64,000 nt of DNA, from NCBI RefSeq assembly GCF_038025025.1, contig NW_027117341.1:1178001-1242000 (forward strand), in the 5' to 3' direction. The stretch comes from Phyllosticta citribraziliensis. Lineage: Eukaryota. Positions 39,748 through 49,979 of this stretch are shown in pieces. The notes under the pieces were generated by a model. The model saw nothing but the letters and a program-made list of their open reading frames with translations, searched no databases and was not told the origin of the DNA. Position numbers and translations under genes: made by a program. Numbering within the stretch: position 1 is the stretch's first letter; each line of letters starts with the position of its first letter.

Positions 39748-41622
39748 CTACGCATGAATCGCCTGCTGCACATGCGGATACACGCTAACCATGCGGGCAT
39801 ACAAGTCCGGGTGGTCACGAATAAGCACCTCCGGATCCCACGCACACGCAACGAAAATAGTGTCAATGCCGGAGCTCAGCGGCGTGGTAAAGACGTGGCA
39901 GATCTGCATGCCGATGAGGAAGGCGAATGCGACGACGACGGCCGTGTACTCGCCGTTGGCGTTGTAGGCCGGGCTGGTGAAGATGAGGTAGAGGTAGGCC
40001 AGCAGCGCGCAGGCGTAGGCGATGAATACGGCTCCGAGCGAGAGGACGGGTCCGATGAGGCACTCGTTGACGAGCGCATCGATGCCGCGGTCTTTGATCA
40101 TCCGCCACGTGTCGCGCGCCGCGGCCACGTAGGGCTTGCCGTACAGTGCGATGTGCGAGAAGGCGTAGCGGTTGAGGAATTGGACGGCCCAGTCTAGGAT
40201 GCCGATGAAGCAGCCGAGCACGCAGAACAGGATGGTGCCGACGATGTTGCCTTCGGATGCTTGCTGTTGTTGCGCCATGCTGCACAGTTGGCGCGCGAAG
40301 TTGATGATGGCGACGACCAGGCTGCCGAGCGACACGCTGCCGAAGCTGTAGGTTGTCGCGCGGCGGAGTGCGCCGCGTGTCGCGCCCTTGGGGAAGTTTT
40401 GCGAGCAAAAGTACCACGATCCGTAAACGCCAGAAATCGTTACGTGGATCGTGTTTTTGAGCCACTCCGAAATCCAGTACATGGCAAAGGTGATGAAGAC
40501 GAGGAGGCCGATGACTTTGCCCTTTCCACACCCACCGGCTCCCGTGCTGCACGCGTCATTGTTGTTGCTCGGCTCGTACTTGACGTACACTGCCACGAGC
40601 GAAACGCTGTACCAAGCGCCGAGGGCCGTTGCCAGAATTCCACCGACGGCGGAGACCAGGTAGACATGCCCGTAGTGCTTGGACACGTCGATGGCGGTTT
40701 GCAGCATCAATGCCGAGAAAGGGATCCTTGGTATCCAGCTGATGAAGCAAATGACGGTAAAGATGGCAAAGAGGAGGAATACTATGCCGCCAGACCAGTA
40801 GTGGCGACTCAGCATGTAGATGGCAGTGACAAATCCAAAAATGATGTTCAGAATGCCCGTGATCCAGATGAATTGCTTGGTAAAGGCGCGCGCCAGCCAC
40901 ACATAGCTGTAGCTGAGGACTATTGCCACACAGAGGCAGAAGATGAAGAGGACGACGGTGTTGGTTGACAGACCAAAGTCGTTGGCGCCGTCATAGATAC
41001 CACCGCCGTTGAAGCCCTTGGTAGCCGCTAGTGAAAACTGACGTTAGCTCGTTTGTCCCCTTTTCAACTCGACAGACCCTGAGGTCTGATGACAAAAGTC
41101 ATGGCATACGCAACAATAGGCAGGGGAACAATGGGAGCATTCAAGCTACAGCCCCTGGAACCCATAGTTGCGGTGTGCTACGACTCTGCTCTCAAGCCTG
41201 GCACCCTCGATTTCCCGCGACGCAACGACTCACCATAGCCCTGGATCGCTATTCCCGACACTGCAACGTATGCGCCAAAGACAATCAGAAACTACCGCCA
41301 TGTCAATTGTGTTGTTCGTCGACGACGTGGAGCAGCGCAGCGTGCGCGGGCCGATTACCAGAATCCCTGCCCACAGATCATTCCACTTTGGCTTCTCAAT
41401 CTTGAATGCCTGGTCGAACGTCGGCTTCTCGGCGTATGCGTAATTGGGGTCTGCGCCGTTCGGAGGGCCGTAGTTCTGGCCGTAGTTGGGAGGAGGCGGC
41501 GCGCCGTACGGCGGGTACTCTTTCTGGCCGTCTGGGGCGGGCATGTTGTTGTTGTATGCGGGCTGTGGAGGTGGCTGCTGGTAGTAGCCGTCGGCCTCGC
41601 CGTGAGGAGCGCCCGTGGCCAT
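39748..41622 (-). CDS. PNS1: Choline transporter-like (CTL/SLC44) protein Pns1, multi-exon
   Basis: Pro/Tyr-rich N-terminus, FDQAFKIEKPKWNDLWAG, WISEWLKNTIHVTISGVYGSWYF, TYSFGSVSLGSL, NRYAFSHIALYGKPYV, SGIDTIFV. Confidence 0.93.
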
Positions 41623-42461
41623 GGTTGCGACAATGATGTTGGAGGGGTTGACGAGTGAAGCGGGGACGTGTGAAAGCGCGGCAGAAGACCGAGCGACGAA
41701 CGCAAACCAGGAAGGGTCGGGCCAGGGTTCGGTTGTCAGTGACCGCATCATCCCTGCACTTGCCCTAGCAACGATCGGCCTCGCCCCGAGCCCTATGGGG
41801 TTTAGCGGCCCGAGCTTAATTTCCACCACACCCGACGACTCCAACGACATGTCATGCCTCTCAGCCCTCACTTCCGCTTCCAACCCCGACTGTTGAGCAA
41901 AGACTGGCTGAAATTCGTGGCATGGTCGACTGTTTCTACCCCGTAGCTCAGTAATGACTGCCGTGTCACGGCTGTTGTAAGACCTTGGTAGCGTCTCAGA
42001 CACATGTTGCCATTTTCCACTTACCTCTGCTAATGCTCCATACTATCGTGTATGCCACGACTCTTGGATGAAGCCCTAGATCTTCAGAAATTCTGCGCCG
42101 CAAATTCTGTGAGCCGCAATCGCGCTGCCAACCCCCATGGCCATGTTGATCGCACGCGCAAGACGCTGCCAACGCATCACGGCTCAACGCCAGGTTTGCT
42201 TAGGTTCCTCTCTCATTTCGCTCTCAGGCTTTCTCTTGCCACGGATGGCGTCAAGATTTCAAATCCAAGATCTTTTTTCCTTCAGTCAAAGCACGTGTAT
42301 TTGTCTTTTCGTACTCCTGCTCTTCCTGTTGCTTGCAGAAATCATTGGCGAAGCCCTCTGATGTTTGATCTTTCACAGTTGTTTCGAAACAAAGCGCCCG
42401 GGACAAACTAGTTCAATCAAGAGCGTTAGCAAAGGGATGACTTTCGTTTTAAACCGTGCTT

Positions 42462-42468
42462 TATAAAA
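42462..42468 (+). promoter_or_regulatory. Candidate TATA box upstream of the coiled-coil ORF
   Basis: TATAAAA followed by a pyrimidine-rich tract, about 760 nt before ATG 43222. Confidence 0.35.
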
Positions 42469-43221
42469 GGACCATGGCCTTGCTTTGCTGTCCTTGTGTG
42501 TTGCCCGCCTTTCTTATATCTTGTATTCCACTATATACCCTTATCCTCTTGTTGCATGGCCCTTCCCTTCCGTCAATGTCCGAAGCTCGTCGGTCGATCA
42601 TGGGTTGCGCATATACGTCGCTTGCTGTTGACTTGGCGGGAGCTGAAGTGTCTGTAAGGCCCCAAACTCGAGCCCAGCAAGAACGGCTGGTATACCGACC
42701 TTGTAGCCAACCTATTGTGCGAGTCATTTGAGCTTCTCTCTTGTGCTTTTCTTCTTTATTGTTTGGTTCGAAATCGGATCGCGCGTCTTCTTGCCTCATC
42801 GAAGATGGGGTTCGGGCTTGGCTGGAGCTGCTCAACACCAAGTCAGTCACCTGCGAATAGAGGAGTCTCTCGAGCTTTCTTACCGTCCGGGAGCAATCAA
42901 TGGTTGAAGTGTGCTTGCAAGGCAATGAGCCTGTATAGTTTGTGCAGCACTGCCGGCGAGAAAGAGCTGGCGCTCTGCCCTGGAGTGCCCAGGCGGTTGG
43001 CTCGCAGCGCCCACGCAGCGCCCACGCAGGCGCTTCGGTTGCCCACCGCGTGCCTCCCCTCCGGCTCCCACTCCGCACCGAGGCGGCCTGTGCGCTCGTC
43101 CAAAATAAAACGCGACCACAACCCCGACTCCTCCTCCTCTCCTCTTCACCGACTTCGATCGACTGAACGAACGCCAGCATTGCCCACCGCTAGCAACCGT
43201 TCCTCCATCGAAACCACCACC

Positions 43222-45819
43222 ATGTCCACCGAGACCCCCCTTCCCACGCTGCAGTGGGTCACCTACCTTCTTCTCCTCGCCCTCACCTCCTCTGGGTGCG
43301 GCTGGGTGGTCCTGTCCACGACCCTCGGCCTCATTCGTAGCCCGACGAAGCCTTTCTCCTTCGTCACCATCCTCGGTCCCCTGTTCTCCCCCGGTTTCCT
43401 GTTCTCCCTCGGTGTCTTCTCCAAGCTCGCCTATGACCTCGGCATGGCTTTGGCTTTGTTTTTGCTCCCTCTGGTTCTTGCCCTGCTCGTCGCCCGGGGT
43501 TTCTGCGTCGCCTTCTGGCTTGACTGCAGATTCCCCTTCCGGTTCTCGCCCACCTTCGACGACTCTGCCGCCACCCAGATAAAGGACTTGCGCAATGAGA
43601 CCAGTACTCTTCGCAAGTACTTTAACGAGTACGTCGCCATGCTCGCCAACAAGGTCTGCACCATGGGTCTCGAGCTCCACGCCAAGGAGGTCGCCTTCGA
43701 CCGGTTCCGCCGCGCCAGCACGAAGACCGTCGCCGCCCTCAAGAAGGAGCTCTCCGACGCTCGCAAGCTCGCCAAGGCCGAGAAGCATCGCGCCATCGAA
43801 GCCAGGAAGCGTTACGCTGACTGGAAGGAGATGGAACTCTCGGGCTTGGAGGACGAGCTCGACAAGTACAGGCGTTCCCTGGAAGCTCTTCTTGAAGGTC
43901 GCCCCATGGACGAGGAAATTCTCGGCCGGATCAGTGACAAGTTCTTGTTCGGTGACCGCCTTCGCCTCATGGACTTGACCGACCGCCAGAAGAAGGATAT
44001 CGGCGCCCTTCGGACCCAAATCGACGGCCTCCAGAGGCAACTCGCGGATGCCGCCGTCACCGAGAAGGTTGTCGCCCTGGAACGTTCCCGCCAGCTCGAA
44101 GGCAAGATCACGGATCTCCAGCAGAAGATCCGCCAACTCGAGCACGCCAAGGACGTCTCCGCCGCCGAAATCTCTTTCCTCTCTCGCCAAGTGGCCGCCC
44201 AGGGTACCTTGTCCGACCAGTCTGCTTCCGATTGGGAGTTGCAGTTCGCTGCTGTCGACCACCAACGGAAGCTCGCGGAGTCCAACTCGAGGGATCTCGA
44301 CATCAAGCTGCAGTCTCTTCGTCGCGAGATGGAGAAGGCTGCCGAGTTCCAAGAGGAGGAGCTCTCCCGCGCCCAGGACAAGGCATACCGGTACTCGCAG
44401 GCTATCGACAGGGCTGAGGCCGACCGCGACCAGGCCAAGCAACTCGTCAAGTCTGCCGACCAGGAACGTCGTGCCGCTGTCGCCAGTGCCGACACTCTTC
44501 AGTCCGAGGTCAACTCGTTGACCGAGGAGCTCAAGATCCTCCGCGCCGGCTGCTGCTTGTGCATCTGTCCCTGTTGCCCGGACGGCTGCTCTGCCCACCG
44601 TTTCGGCGCCGCCTCGCCCTCGCCCGTCCCCGTCACCGTCCGTTCGCCCTCGCTCGCCTCGCTCCGCCAGGAGCTTGATCGCCTTCGCTCCGAGAACGAG
44701 ACCCTTCGCCAGCCCGTCCGTTCGCCCTCGCCCTCGCCCGAGCTCGCCTCGCTCCGTCAGGAGCTTGATCGCCTTCGCTCCGAGAACGAGACCCTTCGCC
44801 AGCCCGTCCGTTCGCCCTCGCCCTCGCCCGAGCTCGCCTCGCTCCGTCAGGAGCTTGATCGCCTTCGCTCCGAGAACGAGACCCTCCGTCAGCCTGTCCC
44901 TTCGTCCTCGCCGTCTCCCGAACTCGCCTCGCTGCACCAGGAGCTCACCCGTCTTCGTGGTGAGAACCAGCAGCTGAGCCATGTTCACGGCGAGAACTTG
45001 AGCCTCCGCCAGCAAATCGCTGCCCTCTCGCAAGAGAACACGACGGCTCGGGGGCTCATGGGTCAGGCTGAAGGTCAATGGGCCAGCCTGCAGGACACCA
45101 CTCGCCGCCTGGAAAGTGAGCTTGCCACATCTCGTGAGCAACTCGGCACTGCCCGCCGTGAGCTTGCCGCCTCTCGCGAGGAGGCTACAGCTGCTCGCCA
45201 GGAGGCCAGTTCCGTCGCCGCTCGTGCGGATTTCTTGGCCGAGCAACTCCGCCGCCAGGTCGCTCGCTCCACCGCCTCTCCCGTTGCTGCTCCCTCCGCT
45301 CCCCCGGCCGCCCCTCTCGCTGTCCCTCCCACCGACCAGATGCTCCTTGCCCAGCAGCAGGTCGACCAGTTGACGAGGCGCGCTGAGCAAGCGGAGCAGA
45401 AGCTCCAGGAGACTCTCGACCGCCTGGATGCCGCCAATGCCACCTTGGAGACCTACCGCAACACCCCGGGTGCTCTCTCGTTTGAGGAGCGCAACACCTG
45501 GGCTATGGAGCGTGGTCAGCTCAGTCTTCTGCTCGCAGGTCACGACTCCGAGGTCGCCAGCCTCAAGCGCCAGCTTGAAGATCTCGCCCACCAGCTTCAA
45601 GACAACGAGGCTGAATTGGAGGAGGCCGAAGTCAATCTGGCGAAGCTGGAGGTGGACCACAAGGCCGAGATCGACAACCTGGAAGACATCATCCAGGACT
45701 TCCAGGAGAGAATCGATGACCTCGGCAGCATCGACGACGAGATTGAACAGCTCCGAGAAGAGAACGACGAGCTCAAGGAGGAGTTGAAGGAGTGTTACGA
45801 AACCTTAGGGTTTCAATAA
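43222..45819 (+). CDS. Orphan intronless protein (865 aa): N-terminal hydrophobic/TM segments, long coiled coils, Cys cluster, internal 30-aa repeats
   Basis: CACCATG context and strong C-ending codon bias. About 3 hydrophobic stretches in the first 100 aa, heptad-rich E/L/R/Q regions, GCCLCICPCCPDGC, and an acidic C-terminal coil. The frame is open upstream to 42715. Confidence 0.85.
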   Translation: MSTETPLPTLQWVTYLLLLALTSSGCGWVVLSTTLGLIRSPTKPFSFVTILGPLFSPGFLFSLGVFSKLAYDLGMALALFLLPLVLALLVARGFCVAFWLDCRFPFRFSPTFDDSAATQIKDLRNETSTLRKYFNEYVAMLANKVCTMGLELHAKEVAFDRFRRASTKTVAALKKELSDARKLAKAEKHRAIEARKRYADWKEMELSGLEDELDKYRRSLEALLEGRPMDEEILGRISDKFLFGDRLRLMDLTDRQKKDIGALRTQIDGLQRQLADAAVTEKVVALERSRQLEGKITDLQQKIRQLEHAKDVSAAEISFLSRQVAAQGTLSDQSASDWELQFAAVDHQRKLAESNSRDLDIKLQSLRREMEKAAEFQEEELSRAQDKAYRYSQAIDRAEADRDQAKQLVKSADQERRAAVASADTLQSEVNSLTEELKILRAGCCLCICPCCPDGCSAHRFGAASPSPVPVTVRSPSLASLRQELDRLRSENETLRQPVRSPSPSPELASLRQELDRLRSENETLRQPVRSPSPSPELASLRQELDRLRSENETLRQPVPSSSPSPELASLHQELTRLRGENQQLSHVHGENLSLRQQIAALSQENTTARGLMGQAEGQWASLQDTTRRLESELATSREQLGTARRELAASREEATAARQEASSVAARADFLAEQLRRQVARSTASPVAAPSAPPAAPLAVPPTDQMLLAQQQVDQLTRRAEQAEQKLQETLDRLDAANATLETYRNTPGALSFEERNTWAMERGQLSLLLAGHDSEVASLKRQLEDLAHQLQDNEAELEEAEVNLAKLEVDHKAEIDNLEDIIQDFQERIDDLGSIDDEIEQLREENDELKEELKECYETLGFQ
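44638..44970 (+). repeat. 90-bp in-frame tandem repeat (PVRSPSPSPELASLRQELDRLRSENETLRQ), about 4 copies
   Basis: Near-identical copies start at 44713 and 44803, with a shorter copy before and a diverged copy after. Confidence 0.92.
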
Positions 45820-46036
45820 GCATTTCGCCATCTTCTCTCCCTCTCGTTTCTTCTTGGTTTGTTCTTCTGCCTGGTGCGTCGCAAGGTCGGACGCGACGTA
45901 AAACACGCTTGAGGACCGTCTTTCGACCGGCTTTTTCAGACATTCGGATCGACATTCTTGGATGACCCCAGCATTGCTCCCCTCTAGTGGTCTTCGGACC
46001 GCTGCCCTTCATTCTGGGTTGAGCTTCTTGCCGGCA

Positions 46037-46349
46037 GCAATCCCGTAGCACCCTTTGGGACCCCCGGATTGCATTTCCCTTCCTTGAACGACATCCAGTC
46101 ACGCCCCACGGATCCTCCTTGAGCAGCCTTCATGGCTTGCTTCCGTCCCCGCGAGTGGACGAGCACATCTCGCCTTGCAGTCCGTAGCACCTTTTGGGAC
46201 CCTCGACTGCAAGTTTCCAGCAGCCTATGACACGGCTATAAACTGCCCCAGCCCCAGACGGCCAGCCTTGGCACCGTTCGGTCCTTTGTGCAAGTGGACC
46301 AGCACATCTTGCACCGCAGTCCGTAGCACCCTCCGGGACCCTCGACTGC
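46037..46349 (+). repeat. Three about 139-bp-spaced modules: stem-CGTAGCA-CCY..GGG-ACCCYC-stem
   Basis: CGTAGCA at 46044, 46183 and 46322. Closing stems GCAATCC/GGATTGC, CTTGCAGTC/GACTGCAAG and GCAGTC/GACTGC. Confidence 0.85.
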
Positions 46350-46434
46350 AGAATTCGACAAAGCGCAAGGCAGAAGTTCCGGGGCGTGGTGAGTGGACAC
46401 ACCGCGTCTTTGGCCCCTTCAACGCTCTTTTCCA

Positions 46435-46705
46435 AGTTGTCTTGCGTCAGATAACAAAGCTTCTGAGGGACACTTGCCATCGTTCCTTCAATCCATGGAC
46501 AGGGCACTCGACGGCTTTGGCGGAGCTGTCTTGAGCCTGATGCGGGGTCACTTGTTCCCTGGAGGGCTTGAAAAACCGCGTCCACTGGAGGAACTGGTGA
46601 GTTGTCTTGCGTCAGATAGTGGCGTTACTGAGGGACACTTGATCCAGATTCAGTCCATGAACAAGGCGAACGACAAGCTTTGGCGGAGCTTGTTTTGTAG
46701 CTGAG
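46435..46705 (+). repeat. Two diverged about 105-bp direct repeats, 165 bp apart
   Basis: agttgtcttgcgtcagata..ctgagggacacttg..tccatg..gctttggcggagct at 46435 and 46600. Confidence 0.85.
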
Positions 46706-48282
46706 AATCGAGCAGTCAGTCGGTACCTCGAGGCCTTCCTAAACCATTCTCACGTTCATTGGACCGGACAATCAGCCCCCCGCGGATGGAGCAGCACATT
46801 CCGCACCTTCGGACTTTAGAAATCCGGACTAAACCCCAAAAAAAGATTGAAAGAACGGCAATAACCCACAAAAAACCTTTCCTGTACGGTGCTTTTACTT
46901 CATTCTGTACCTACCAGCGACCTTCTTTCGACTCCACTCAAACCGCAAACCAAAAACCACAAAAACACTTGCAAAGAACGACAAAATTACCCCAAAAACA
47001 TTCTGCGTCTGGCGACCGCTTTACCTGTTGTTCGATAGCACCTGCAGCCATCCTCGTCTCTCTTTTACCGAGGAGCATCGGAACCCGACGAAACAAGACC
47101 TCCCATCAAACAGTGTTCTGGAATCTTGCAAACGCCGCTCTCTACCTTCTGACGAGATCGTGGCAATTCCACTCACTTGGGTCTGTTTCTCGTGGCTTAC
47201 CTCTTCCGACACGGCTGTCACCTTTCACGTTCGTGGTTTACCTTCTGGCAAGCTTTAATACTCTTCCGAGCTTGCGCCTTGCGGTTTTACGACTTTCCTG
47301 CTGCTTTACGCCTGTACCTTTACGACATGGGCTCGCTGGCTGTACTTCTACGGCTTCTACCATACCGTCGACTGCTCCCTTTCTTCGCACCGACGACTCG
47401 GCCGTTCATGCTGGCAACTCCAGGGCTTTCGGGTTACGCCCTTTCTGCACCACGGAACGCTTTCCTCCCTCTGCATCCAGTGTTCCTGTGGCGATTTACA
47501 CGCGCTACGAACCGACACCCGGGCCGCTCTACGCTTGGGAATCTCTTGTGGCTGTTGATTGACATCTTCTTCGACGGCTCTCCCTCGCTGTATGAGCTCC
47601 CACGGTTCTTCATGGCCAATTTACATCCATCGATGGCCCTACTTGCGCCCTTTGTCGGCCTTTTGCTGTGGCAGATTCACAGCAGACGGACTCGTCTCCT
47701 CTCATTCGACGCATACGTCTTGCGAGCTTTCCTGGGTTTTGCTCGCATCCCCCGTTGTTCAATCACTCTTCGAACGACGATAAATCTACGCTTGGTTGTT
47801 GCTCCTACGGTCGTCACATCTGCTCTTCCTTCCCACAATTCTCACATTTCCGAAGACGAAGACGACCTCGACTAGCTCTCTTCTACGTCGACAGGAGCAC
47901 CCATTCTTCCGACGACTTGGTCCATTTTCCCTCGTTGTCTTGCCTGCTTTCTCTTCTCGGCAGGCTCCGAAATTTGACCGTGCTGCTGGTTTCTGGGTTT
48001 CCAGCACCGTGGTTGCGCTGTTCACAGCGTCTGGCTTACTCGTCCTGCTACTCTCCACGGCAGTTGACTTGTGAGCTTCCCTGGGCATTCAAATCTTCTG
48101 GTCGTCTCCCCATTCATCGACGACCGGAGCTCCTCACTCTTCCGGCTTGCTTTCCTTTTCTTGTCAAGCGGGATTCACTCACGACGTGCTGCCTTCTGGG
48201 CTGTACTTGCGGCACGTCATGTCTTCGCGCTCCATCTACCGCGCAAGACTCGTCTGATTACACTCCTCTCATCAGGCGATCA

Positions 48283-49979
48283 CGACCGGTTCAGTCTGGC
48301 TTCTATTCACTGGACTGGTCGCTACTCCAATCTACGACGACCTACACGGGCTTCTTGGTCGTCGGGGCTGCTGCTCGTTTCCTTCAACTTGGCTTTACAC
48401 GCCTGGCATGCAGTGGCTCCTCAACTCTTCTGGGCACTCTCCGCGGCTTTGTCGACGATTCCCTACCTCTTCTACGTCGACGAAGCTGCTACTCCTGCTG
48501 ACCGGTCCATTCAACCTTGCTTTTGCTTCTTTGGACTGGTCGGCTTCACAAATCAGCGACGATCCGGGTGGCTCCCTGGTTGTCTGCTTTGTTTCTGGCC
48601 ACTGCGAGCTTCTGCTTTCACAAACTACCTGGCTGGCTCTCTTTCTCTGGACTTGCTTGCGGCGGGCTCTCCTCTACATGGCGGCTCTGTCGAATCATCT
48701 TCTTCTGCACCCTTTCGACGGAGCTGCCCCTCTGGGCATTCTTTTCGGCTGACCGGTCCATCCAATCTCACTGACTGGTCGGCTTCTCAAATCTGCGACA
48801 AACGGGGTGGCTCCCTGGTTGTCTACTCCACTTCTACCACCGCTCGCTCCTCTCAATGGCTGACAATCTCTTCGGCAAAGCCTGCGGTGGAATCCTCCTT
48901 CAAATCTGGCTCCTCTGGAGCTTTGCGGCTCTGTCAAATCACCTCTTCTCTACGTTTTCGACGGGGCTGCACTCTGGGCATTCTCTTCGGCTGACCGGTC
49001 CATCCAATCTCATTGACTGGTCGGCTACTCAACAATTTGCGACAAACGGGGTGGCTCCCTGATTCTCTACTCCACTTCCAGCCACCGCGCGCTTCTCTAA
49101 ATGGCTGATCTCCTCGGCAACGCCTGCGGTGGCATCGGGCTCCTTCGGGGCCTTGCGGCTCTGTCGAATCATCTTCTCTACCCTTTCGACGGGGCTGCAC
49201 TCTGGGCATTCTCTTCGGCTGATCGGTCCATCCAATCTCACTGACTGGTCGGCTACTCAACAATCTACGACAAACGGGGTGGCTCCCTGATTGTCTACTC
49301 CAATTCCAGCCACCGCGCGCTTCTCTAAATGGCTGATCTCCTCGGCAACGCCTGCGGTGGCATCCTCCTCAACTTCGGGCTCCTTTGGGGACTTGCTGCT
49401 CTGTCAAATCACCTTCTTTTCTACGCTTTTGACAGGGCTGCACTCGGGCATCTCTCTTGCTGACCGGTCCATCAAATCTCACTGTGCTTGCTACATTTTG
49501 GACTGGTCGGCCTTCCACATTGACGACGACCTGGGTGGGCTCCCGGGGCGTCTGCTTCACTTTCGGCCGCTGCTTGCTTTCTACCTCAAAAACACTTGGC
49601 TGATCACCCCTTTGGCCTTGCTTGCAGCGGCCTTCCTCATCAAACGAATGTGTCACTCTGGGCAATTTCCAGCTTACCGGTCCTTCAACTTTCGCTGCTG
49701 CTACAACTTGGACTGGTTGGCTTTACACATCGAAGAAGACCTGGGTGGGCTCCCTTGTCATCTACGCTTTGGCCGCTGCTCGCTTGCAACTTCAACAACA
49801 CGTGGCTGTCATCTCTTTGGCATTGCTTGCGGCGGCCCTTACCCATCAAGCGAATGCTCCTTGGCGGCTTTGTCGATTCCCTCACTTCATCGACGAGGCT
49901 GCTTCACCTGATGCACACCTCGGGGCATTCACAGTGATCGGTTCAGCAAACTGCTGGCGCTACACTTTGAACCGATCAC
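48283..49979 (+). repeat. Tandem array of about 8 diverged 212-263-bp units, each with conserved hairpins
   Basis: Hairpin GCTGACCGGTC..GACTGGTCGGC or variants at 48283, 48497, 48747, 48989, 49217, 49459, 49671 and 49934. Confidence 0.9.

Noticed and set aside
42880..45660. 926-aa antisense ORF overlapping the coiled-coil gene
   Set aside because: Expected shadow of strong C/G-ending codon bias on the sense strand; no ATG context or motifs.
48283..49979. CRISPR-like interpretation of the repeat array
   Set aside because: Eukaryotic context, no cas genes, and units are about 240 bp and homologous along their length rather than short repeats with unique spacers.
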